A DNA stretch of 32,128 bases from Candidatus Acidiferrales bacterium (GTDB lineage Bacteria > Acidobacteriota > Terriglobia > Acidiferrales > UBA7541): the NCBI GenBank assembly GCA_035624135.1, contig DASPSB010000163.1, positions 1-32,128 of the forward strand. Reading direction: 5' to 3'. A program made the translations under genes and the position numbers. The first letter of the stretch is position 1, and every line of letters begins with the position of its first letter. Shown here one piece after another: positions 16,494 to 24,905 of the stretch. The notes under the pieces were generated by a model. The model had not been told where the DNA came from and did not search any database. It saw only the letters and a list, made by a program, of their open reading frames with translations.

Positions 16494-17801
16494 GTGAGCC
16501 ACCTGGAACCCATCATTGAAGCGCGTGCCGTGGAGCAGTTCTACGTGCAGCAGGACGGCCATCGCACGCAGATCCTGGCGCCGACCACCATCAGCATCGC
16601 GCCGGGGAAAATCGTGGCGCTGCTGGGGGCATCCGGCTGCGGAAAATCCACGCTGCTGCGGATCCTGAGTGGCCTGGCGCGGCCCTCGGCCGGCGACGTG
16701 CTCTGGCACGGCCAGCCGCTCAACGGACGCAGCCCGAACGTAGCCATCGTTTTCCAAAGCTTCGCGCTGTTTCCCTGGCTGAGCGTGATTGAAAACGTGG
16801 AGGCGCCGCTGAAGGCGCGGGGGGTGGGCGCGTTCGAGCGGCGCAAGCGCGCGCTGCGGATTCTGGATACGGTGGGGTTAGACGGATTCGAGAAGGCCTA
16901 TCCGAAAGAGCTCTCGGGCGGCATGAAGCAGCGCGTGGGGTTCGCGCGCGGGCTGGTGGTCGAGCCGGAAGTGCTGTTCATGGACGAGCCGTTCTCGGCC
17001 CTGGACGTGCTGACGGCGGAAACCCTCCGTGGCGAACTGCTGGAATTGTGGACGAGCCGGAAAATCCCGACGAACGCAATCTTCATGGTTACGCACAACA
17101 TTGAGGAAGCTGTGGAGCTCGCGGACCGCATCATCGTGCTGGCCCACCGGCCCGCGCACATCCACGATGACTTTGACGTCGGCATGCCGCACCCGCGGGA
17201 TCGCAAATCGCCGCGCTTTCTCGAGTTGGTGGACCACGTGTACAAAGTGCTCACGCTGCCGGACGAGGCGCACCTGCTGCCCTCCGAGCGCCCCGAACGC
17301 GAAAAGCACGCACCGCTGCCGCACGCACGGCCCGGAGGAATCGCAGGCCTAGTGGAGATTCTGGGCGACCGGGGCGGGTCCGACGATCTCTATCATCTGG
17401 CCGAAGACCTGGTGATGGAGTTGGACGACCTGCTGCCCATCGTCGAGGCCGCGACGCTGCTGGGCATGGTCGAGGTGGCCGAAGGGGACGCGCGGCTCAC
17501 CGCGACCGGCCGGAAGTTCGCGGATGCCGGCATTGAGCAGCGCAAACAAATATTCCGCGAGGCGGCGCTCGATAGTGTCTCCTTGCTGCGGCAAGTCCAG
17601 AGCGCGCTGCGCTCAAAGGTGGATCACACCCTGCCTGCCGAGTTCTTCCGCGACATTCTGGACGAACGGTTCAGCACCGAAGAGGCGGAGCGGCAATTCC
17701 AGACGGCGCTGGACTGGGGCCGTTACGCCGAGATTTTCGAGTACGATCCCGGAACCGACCGCCTGACGCTGCAAGACGCGGCTCTGGCCGGCGCTGCCTA
17801 A
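16494..17801 (+). CDS. ABC transporter ATP-binding protein (NitT/TauT-like) with ~190-aa C-terminal accessory domain
   Basis: GTG start at 16494. Motifs are Walker A GASGCGKST, Q-loop, signature LSGGMKQR, Walker B LFMDEPFSALD and H-loop THN. The C-terminal extension (GGIAGLVEIL...DDLLPIVEAATLLGMVE...) resembles the AAA-associated C-terminal domain of this transporter class. Confidence 0.9.
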   Translation: MSHLEPIIEARAVEQFYVQQDGHRTQILAPTTISIAPGKIVALLGASGCGKSTLLRILSGLARPSAGDVLWHGQPLNGRSPNVAIVFQSFALFPWLSVIENVEAPLKARGVGAFERRKRALRILDTVGLDGFEKAYPKELSGGMKQRVGFARGLVVEPEVLFMDEPFSALDVLTAETLRGELLELWTSRKIPTNAIFMVTHNIEEAVELADRIIVLAHRPAHIHDDFDVGMPHPRDRKSPRFLELVDHVYKVLTLPDEAHLLPSERPEREKHAPLPHARPGGIAGLVEILGDRGGSDDLYHLAEDLVMELDDLLPIVEAATLLGMVEVAEGDARLTATGRKFADAGIEQRKQIFREAALDSVSLLRQVQSALRSKVDHTLPAEFFRDILDERFSTEEAERQFQTALDWGRYAEIFEYDPGTDRLTLQDAALAGAA

Positions 17802-17805
17802 TCGC

Positions 17806-19545
17806 ATGGCCGCATTGAGCACGCCGCAGCCCGCCGGCCGCTTCCAGTTCTACCGCGGGCGCGCTTCGCTGCTGACGGATGCGATCGTCTTCGCGGGCGC
17901 GCTGGCTGCGCTCTACGCGCTTTTCGGCGTAGGCCGCGTGTGGCTCGCCCCGTTCCAGCCGGCGGCGGAAATTTCCCGCAGTCCAAAGTCGCTGCCGCTC
18001 TATGCCATGTACTCGCTGGGGCGCATGGGGATCGCGTACCTTGCCAGCCTGGTTTTTGCGCTGGTCTATGCATACCTGGCGGCGCGAAACCGCGCGGCGG
18101 AGCGGCTGATGATTCCGCTGCTCGATATCCTGCAGTCCATCCCCGTGCTGAGTTTTTTGCCCGGCGTAATGCTGGCGATGGTCGCGCTGTTTCCGGGGCG
18201 GCAGATTGGGCTCGAACTGGGATCCATCCTCCTGATCTTCACCGGGCAAGTGTGGAACATGGCGTTCAGCTTTTACGCGTCCCTGAAGAGCCTGCCGCAG
18301 GAGCTGATCGAGGCGACGTGCACCTACCGCTTCGGACGCTGGCAGCGGTTCTACGAGCTCGAGCTGCCCTTCGGGGCTATCGGGCTGGTGTGGAATTCGC
18401 TGATGTCGGTGGCGGGCGGCTGGTTCTTCCTGATGGCGTGCGAAATGTTTCAGCTCGGCAACCGCGACTTCCGGCTGCCCGGCCTGGGCTCCTATCTGCA
18501 AAGTGCGGCGAACCACGGCGACACGGGCGCCATCCTGTGGGGCTTGGCGGCGATGATCCTGGTGATCCTGCTGCTGGATCTGGTGCTGTGGCGCCCGTTG
18601 ATCGCCTGGGCGGAAAAATTCAAGTTCGAGCAGGTGGAAAGCGCGAACACGCCGCAATCCGTCACGCTCTCTGCGCTGCGGCACTCGGCGATTCTTGCGT
18701 GGCTGAATCGCAAAGCGCTGGCGCCCGCGTGGGAAGCACTGACGCTGCGCGTAGCGCGGCATGAGGCTGCCGAGCCGCCCCAAGCTCCGCCGGCACCATG
18801 GCGCACACTCGCGGCCCGGGCCGTGGGAATTGCCGCATTGATCTTGATTCTTTACGGCTCGATGCGCGCGGGCCGCTCGTTGATGGAGCTGACGAGGAGC
18901 GATTTGGTGGCGCTCTTCCGCGGGGCCATGGCCACGTTCGGGCGCGTAATCCTCGCGTTGGCCATCGGCACGCTCTGGACGGTTCCGGTCGGAGTGGCCG
19001 TCGGATCGCGCCCGCGGCTCGCGGCGCTGGCGCAACCGGTGGCGCAGGTGGCGGCCTCGGTGCCGGCCACGGCCCTATTTCCCATCGTTCTGCTCGTCCT
19101 CCTCCGGTTCGGCGGAGGCATGGCAATTGCCGCCATCGTGCTGATGCTGCTGGGCACTCAGTGGTATCTGCTGTTCAACATTATTGCCGGAGCGCAGGCC
19201 CTGCCCACGGATTTGAAGGAGGTCGCTACGGTGTACCATTTCTCGGGATGGGACCGCTGGCGGCTGCTGATTTTGCCCGGAATTTTTCCCTATCTGGTCA
19301 CCGGCCTGGTCACCGCGGCAGGCGGGGCGTGGAACGCAAGCATCATTGCGGAGTACTTCCATTTTAAGGGGCGCGTCATGGCTACGACGGGATTGGGCGC
19401 GACGATCAGCCACGCCACCGATTCCGGAAACTTCCAGCTTCTGCTGGCCAGCACCGTAGTGATGGCCATCGTGGTGGTGACGATCAATCGTCTGCTGTGG
19501 AAGCGGATGTACCGGCTGGCCCAGACGAGATTCCAGTTGGGTTAG
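17806..19545 (+). CDS. ABC transporter permease, fused double-permease (NitT/TauT-like)
   Basis: 579 aa, beginning 4 nt after the ATPase stop. There are two hydrophobic halves, each with a multi-TM BPD-transporter-like core. No solute-binding protein gene is adjacent. Confidence 0.9.
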   Translation: MAALSTPQPAGRFQFYRGRASLLTDAIVFAGALAALYALFGVGRVWLAPFQPAAEISRSPKSLPLYAMYSLGRMGIAYLASLVFALVYAYLAARNRAAERLMIPLLDILQSIPVLSFLPGVMLAMVALFPGRQIGLELGSILLIFTGQVWNMAFSFYASLKSLPQELIEATCTYRFGRWQRFYELELPFGAIGLVWNSLMSVAGGWFFLMACEMFQLGNRDFRLPGLGSYLQSAANHGDTGAILWGLAAMILVILLLDLVLWRPLIAWAEKFKFEQVESANTPQSVTLSALRHSAILAWLNRKALAPAWEALTLRVARHEAAEPPQAPPAPWRTLAARAVGIAALILILYGSMRAGRSLMELTRSDLVALFRGAMATFGRVILALAIGTLWTVPVGVAVGSRPRLAALAQPVAQVAASVPATALFPIVLLVLLRFGGGMAIAAIVLMLLGTQWYLLFNIIAGAQALPTDLKEVATVYHFSGWDRWRLLILPGIFPYLVTGLVTAAGGAWNASIIAEYFHFKGRVMATTGLGATISHATDSGNFQLLLASTVVMAIVVVTINRLLWKRMYRLAQTRFQLG

Positions 19546-19570
19546 CGGTGAGCGTGACGGGGAGCGGATG

Positions 19571-19595
19571 GTAGGGGCACGACATGTCGTGCCCC
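19571..19595. repeat. palindromic repeat family A, copy 2 (GTAGGGGCACGACATGTCGTGCCCC)
   Basis: The 22-nt perfect palindrome GGGGCACGACATGTCGTGCCCC (19574-19595) lies in the 61-nt gap between the convergent permease and DUF1330 genes. It is a plausible bidirectional terminator or REP-like element. Confidence 0.7.
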
Positions 19596-19606
19596 CAGCA
19601 AGAAAG

Positions 19607-19903
19607 CTACCCGGAGAAGCCTTCGACGAAACGCACGTCGCGTTCTGCGGCGCCCGCGAGCACTTTGAGTGCGGCCTGATACGCGGGGCTGTTATAGGTA
19701 GCGATCGCTTTCTCCACGCTTTCAAACTCGATGACTACGGTGCGGTCGCTGATGCCCTTCTCAACGACTTGCGTGGGAACACCGCGCACGAGAAAACTGC
19801 CTCCGCCGGCTCCAATGGCCGGGCCGGCCAGCCGCGCGTATTCCATCAACGCCTCGGGTTTCGATACCGAGCGGTACAGCGTGATCCAGTATCCTTTCGC
19901 CAT
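19607..19903 (-). CDS. DUF1330 domain-containing protein
   Basis: The track ORF is 19607..20077. The ATG at 19903, preceded by GAGGAGG, gives MAKGYWITLYRSV...FLVRG...VVIEFESVEKAIATYNSPAYQAAL...VEG. This is the typical ~98-aa DUF1330 pattern. Confidence 0.85.
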   Translation of the reverse strand: MAKGYWITLYRSVSKPEALMEYARLAGPAIGAGGGSFLVRGVPTQVVEKGISDRTVVIEFESVEKAIATYNSPAYQAALKVLAGAAERDVRFVEGFSG

Positions 19904-19982
19904 TCGAGCCTCCTCGAGGGCGGAATGATAACAGGAGGGGGAGCCGGAGCGAGTGTGCAGGGAGCGGCGATGACAGGATGGC

Positions 19983-20684
19983 TCAGGAGTGCGGCTGCGG
20001 GGCGAACGCGGCTTGGACGGATTTCTGGATGGCCTTCTCGAGGCCTTCGGGATGCTTGAGAAAATCGCCGCCCACATACTTTTCCGAGAAAAACAGCAGT
20101 TCGCCGGTCTGGGCCCGAATCACTCCGAAATGAATCATCAATCCCTGCCCGCCCCCGCCCATCAGGCCGCCCATGGAAGACATCGCCTTCTCGCCTTTTG
20201 AAGTCAGCGTGCCATCCGCAGTCACCAGAATCAGGACGTCAACGTCCATCTTCTTCGTGATGGGCAGTTCCTCGACCAGGCGGAAACTTTCCAGCAGGTC
20301 GTTGCGGTGCCCGGGTTTGGACCACGCCGTCACCAGATCGCGGAAGCGCGCCTGAACGGCGAGAAGGGCGTCTTGCCGTTCCATCGTCGTCTCGCCTTCG
20401 CCGAGACACAGCGGATATTCGCTGACGAGCAGCTTCCGCTGCTCGAACAGATCGTCCATTTCGCCGCAGATGGTTCTGCGCAGATGGTCGGCGGTGCCAG
20501 TAGTTTCCGTACCGGTAGTGACGGTCCATTTCTCCACGTGCACTTCGGGAGGCACGAGCAACACGCGGGTGGCCCCGCCCAGCGCGTCCTCTTCCTTCGC
20601 GCGCCAGGGCAGTTTCTGCGCTGCAGCGGCAGAGAGCACCGCCAGCAGCGCACTCAGGATTGCCAATTGACGTGACTTGGTCAT
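19983..20684 (-). CDS. secreted hypothetical protein
   Basis: The track ORF is 19983..20708. The ATG at 20684 gives the signal peptide MTKSRQLAILSALLAVLSAAAAQ. It contains a Gly-rich loop (MGGLMGGGGQG). No family is recognised. Confidence 0.6.
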   Translation of the reverse strand: MTKSRQLAILSALLAVLSAAAAQKLPWRAKEEDALGGATRVLLVPPEVHVEKWTVTTGTETTGTADHLRRTICGEMDDLFEQRKLLVSEYPLCLGEGETTMERQDALLAVQARFRDLVTAWSKPGHRNDLLESFRLVEELPITKKMDVDVLILVTADGTLTSKGEKAMSSMGGLMGGGGQGLMIHFGVIRAQTGELLFFSEKYVGGDFLKHPEGLEKAIQKSVQAAFAPQPHS

Positions 20685-20724
20685 TTCTTGGGTATTACGC
20701 CGGGGCAATCTTATACCCGCCCGG

Positions 20725-20782
20725 CCCGGATGCTGTCGAGGTCACCCGCGGATGCCGTCCCGGATGCTCAGTTGTATATAAT
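20725..20782 (+). promoter_or_regulatory. gltA upstream region: three CGGATGC direct repeats plus a perfect TATAAT hexamer
   Basis: CGGATGC occurs at 20727-20733, 20749-20755 and 20761-20767. Two of the copies extend to CCCGGATGCT. TATAAT lies at 20777-20782, 62 nt upstream of the gltA ATG. No good -35 hexamer is present at 17-18 nt. Confidence 0.3.
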
Positions 20783-20844
20783 GTGGCACGAGGCCGGCGG
20801 GTGGGTTCTCCCTTCCTGCTCCCCGCTGGCAATGCAGGAGTCTG

Positions 20845-22212
<1,368 letters not shown>

Positions 22213-22311
22213 GCCGCCGGTGCGCACTCCCATCCAGCCATGCGCCCGACAGGCGAGCAAAGGCGTTGCAAACCCGGCGAATCTCTGGCACAAACGTCCC
22301 TTTTGGGGAAA

Positions 22312-22337
22312 CCCGCGCCTTGTGCTCGGGGCGCGGG
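22312..22337 (+). other. GC-rich hairpin between gltA and the RsbW-like gene
   Basis: CCCGCGCC (22312-22319) pairs with GGCGCGGG (22330-22337) around a 10-nt loop. It lies 100 nt after the gltA stop and has no downstream T-run. It may be a terminator or processing structure, or have no function. Confidence 0.3.
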
Positions 22338-22362
22338 CCCTCCCGGAGCGTGACCCGGTCTG

Positions 22363-22788
22363 ATGGACAACGCCGTAAAGCTGAATTTTCCGAGCGACCC
22401 GCGGTATCTCGGGGTGGTCCGCGGGGCCGTTGAGCGCTTCGCGGCCCTGGTCGGGTTCGACGAAGAGGATTGCCGGTGGATCACGCTGGCCGTGCACGAA
22501 GCGTTGACGAACGTGATTCGCCACGCGTATCACAACCAGTATGACCGGCCCGTCGAGGTGCGCCTTCGTGAGCGCGACGAAGGCATGGAGGTCGTCATGG
22601 TGGATCACGGCACCGGTGTGAAGCAGGAGCAGATGTGCGGGCGCCCGCTCGACGACGTCCGTCCCGGCGGCCTGGGTCTGCACATGATCCGCGAAATTAT
22701 GAGCGAAACGGACTACCTGCCCCTGGAGGGGCGGAATGAATTGCACCTGTTCAAGAAGAGGGGCTCGAAGACTTCGGTAGGAGAGTGA
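22363..22788 (+). CDS. RsbW/SpoIIAB-like anti-sigma-type serine protein kinase (GHKL ATPase)
   Basis: 141 aa. It has the N-box HEALTNVIRHAY, G1 box DHGTG and G2 box GGLGLH. Size and architecture match partner-switching kinases. The stop lies 3 nt before the STAS gene. Confidence 0.85.
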   Translation: MDNAVKLNFPSDPRYLGVVRGAVERFAALVGFDEEDCRWITLAVHEALTNVIRHAYHNQYDRPVEVRLRERDEGMEVVMVDHGTGVKQEQMCGRPLDDVRPGGLGLHMIREIMSETDYLPLEGRNELHLFKKRGSKTSVGE

Positions 22789-22791
22789 TCG

Positions 22792-23127
22792 ATGCAAATT
22801 GCTACGCGGCAGCAGGGCAACAGCACGCTGGTGGACGTACAGGGCGACATTGACCTGTATAATTCGCCCGAGGTGCGCAAAATCATTCTCGAGGAACTGA
22901 AGGAAAAGAAAGTGTCGCGCCTGATCGTCAACCTGACGGGCGTCCGTTACATCGACAGCTCGGGGGTCGCCTCGCTGGTGGAAGGGCTGAAGGTTTCCCG
23001 CAATATGTCCAGCCGCTTTATGCTCTACGGCCTCAGTCCGGCGGCGCGTGAAGTGCTCGAACTCTCGCGGCTGATTCGCGTTTTCGAGGTGTACGGCACT
23101 GAGCAGGAAGCGCTGCAGGCGAAATAA
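22792..23127 (+). CDS. STAS-domain protein (anti-sigma-factor antagonist / MlaB-like)
   Basis: 111 aa with the SpoIIAA/RsbV-like pattern VDVQGDIDLYNSPEVR...LTGVRYIDSSGVASLVEG. The conserved phosphorylatable Ser context (DSSG) is present. Confidence 0.85.
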   Translation: MQIATRQQGNSTLVDVQGDIDLYNSPEVRKIILEELKEKKVSRLIVNLTGVRYIDSSGVASLVEGLKVSRNMSSRFMLYGLSPAAREVLELSRLIRVFEVYGTEQEALQAK

Positions 23128-23157
23128 GGCCAAGTCGACGGGAGGGAATCCAGACGA

Positions 23158-23952
23158 ATGGCATTCTTCGAAAGCATCGGGCGCAACACCATCGGCGGTC
23201 TCGCCTATGTGGGCGGCCTCGCGCGGCTCAGCGGGCGCGCCGCGTACTACACGCTCATCGGTCCTTTTCGCGGCAAGGCCCTGCGCTGGAGCCGCGCATT
23301 CCACCAGGCCATGGCTGTCGGCGTGGAAGCGCTGCCGATTCTTTCGGTCATTACCTTCTTTGTGGGGCTGATTCTCGCGCTTCAGGGCGCTTATGAACTG
23401 CGCAAATTCGGCGCGCTGCAGTTTGTGGCCGCGGGCGTGGGCGTCTCCATGACGCGCGAACTCGGGCCGCTCATGACTGCCATCGTGGTGATCGGGCGTT
23501 CCGGTTCGGCATTCGCCGCCGAAATCGGGACGATGAAGGTGACGGAGGAAATCGACGCCCTCACGACGATGGCGCTCAATCCCGTGCAGTTTCTGGTGAC
23601 GCCGAAGTTTCTGGCCATGATCCTGATGCTTCCCTGCCTGACCACCTGGGCGGACTTCATGGGAGTGATGGGGGGCGCGGTGTTCGGAGTCACCGGGGCC
23701 AGCTTCACTTTCGGCGGATACGTCCAGGCCACGCTCGATGCGCTGCTGAAGCGCGACATCATCGGCGGGCTGATCAAAGCCGTCATGTTCGGCGCGGTGA
23801 TCACCGCGGTGGGATGTCATGAAGGGTTCGAGACGGGCGGAGGCGCGGAAGAGGTCGGCCGCTCGACGACTTCGGCCGTGGTGATGTCCATCTTCCTGGT
23901 GATTATCGTGGACCTGATTTTCACATCCCTCTTCTACGTTCTGGAACGATGA
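23158..23952 (+). CDS. mlaE: MlaE-family ABC transporter permease
   Basis: 264 aa with the MlaE/Ttg2B pattern (RELGPLMTAIVVIGRSGSAFAAEIGTMKVTEEIDAL, VVP/ITP-KFLA). GGGAGGG lies upstream. The stop overlaps the mlaF start (ATGA). Confidence 0.9.
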   Translation: MAFFESIGRNTIGGLAYVGGLARLSGRAAYYTLIGPFRGKALRWSRAFHQAMAVGVEALPILSVITFFVGLILALQGAYELRKFGALQFVAAGVGVSMTRELGPLMTAIVVIGRSGSAFAAEIGTMKVTEEIDALTTMALNPVQFLVTPKFLAMILMLPCLTTWADFMGVMGGAVFGVTGASFTFGGYVQATLDALLKRDIIGGLIKAVMFGAVITAVGCHEGFETGGGAEEVGRSTTSAVVMSIFLVIIVDLIFTSLFYVLER

Positions 23953-24770
23953 GCGCGCCTGCGGATAGCGACAAGGCGCTCTCGGTGCGCGACCTGCGCG
24001 TTCGCTACGGCGAACGCGAAATCCTGCACGGCATCAGCTTCGACGTCACGCGGGGTGAGACGCTCGTGATTCTGGGCGGTTCCGGCTCGGGCAAAAGCAC
24101 GCTGCTGCGCACCCTGGTGGGGCTGCAGCCGACCACCTCCGGCGAGGTGTGGATCCGCGGACAGGATATCGCCAAATTGAGCGAAGAGGAGCTGGACGAA
24201 ACGCGGAAGAAGATCGGCCTTTCCTTCCAGGGTGGCGCGCTCTTTGGCTCAATGACGGTCGGAGAAAACGTATGCCTGCCTCTCCGCGAGCATACCCAGC
24301 TCGAAGAAAGCACCATCCAGATCATCATGCGGCTCAAGCTCGAGCAGGTGGGCCTGGCCGGATTTGAGAACTACATGCCCTCGCAGTTGAGCGGAGGAAT
24401 GAAGAAGCGCGCCGCGGTGGCCCGGGCCATGGCCATGGACCCGGAAATCCTGTTCTTCGACGAACCCTCCGCGGGGCTCGATCCCATCATCGCTGCGGGA
24501 ATTGACAACCTGATTCTGAAGCTGAAAAAAGCGTTCCGCATGACCATCATCGTGGTGACGCACGAACTGGCCAGCGCCTTTCTGATTGCCGACAGCATGC
24601 TGCTGATCAACAAGGGCGACATCGTGGCCCACGGCACAAGAGAGGAGATGCAGAACAGCACGCATCCGCGCGTGCGCCAGTTCCTCGACCGCGTGCCCGA
24701 GCCGGAAGTCGCCGAGGAAATGGATTATCTGCAGATGCTCACGGGCGAAGCGCCGCCCCGGGCGCTCTAG
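23949..24770 (+). CDS. mlaF: MlaF-family ABC transporter ATP-binding protein
   Basis: 273 aa. Motifs are Walker A GGSGSGKST, signature LSGGMKKR, Walker B LFFDEPSAGLDP and H-loop THE. It is translationally coupled to mlaE. Confidence 0.9.
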   Translation: MSAPADSDKALSVRDLRVRYGEREILHGISFDVTRGETLVILGGSGSGKSTLLRTLVGLQPTTSGEVWIRGQDIAKLSEEELDETRKKIGLSFQGGALFGSMTVGENVCLPLREHTQLEESTIQIIMRLKLEQVGLAGFENYMPSQLSGGMKKRAAVARAMAMDPEILFFDEPSAGLDPIIAAGIDNLILKLKKAFRMTIIVVTHELASAFLIADSMLLINKGDIVAHGTREEMQNSTHPRVRQFLDRVPEPEVAEEMDYLQMLTGEAPPRAL

Positions 24771-24775
24771 CCGGC

Positions 24776-24800
24776 CGCGGTTCGCCGCGTTTTCCTTTCC
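24776..24800 (+). terminator. short intrinsic-terminator-like hairpin after mlaF
   Basis: CGCGG-TTCG-CCGCG (5-bp GC stem with a UUCG tetraloop, 24776-24789) is followed by TTTTCCTTTCC. It starts 6 nt after the mlaF stop. The stem is short, so function is uncertain. Confidence 0.4.
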
Positions 24801-24905
24801 AAGACTTAGAAGCCCGCAACTCTCAAGTAGCGCGCGTTCCAGCCGATAAGAGAACAGAGCGCATCCGAGCACTGGTGTCGGGGCAAATTTCCCCGCCGCG
24901 ATAGC

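Noticed and set aside
17671-19035. 454-aa minus-strand ORF opposite the ABC permease.
   Set aside because: The translation is extremely Arg/Gln/Pro-rich, and the + strand encodes a coherent multi-TM permease.
22286-22303. TGGCAC hexamer resembling a sigma-54 -24 element upstream of the RsbW-like gene.
   Set aside because: The -12 position reads TCCC rather than TTGC/GC at the required GG-N10-GC spacing. No bacterial enhancer-binding protein (AAA+ sigma-54 activator) is encoded in the window.
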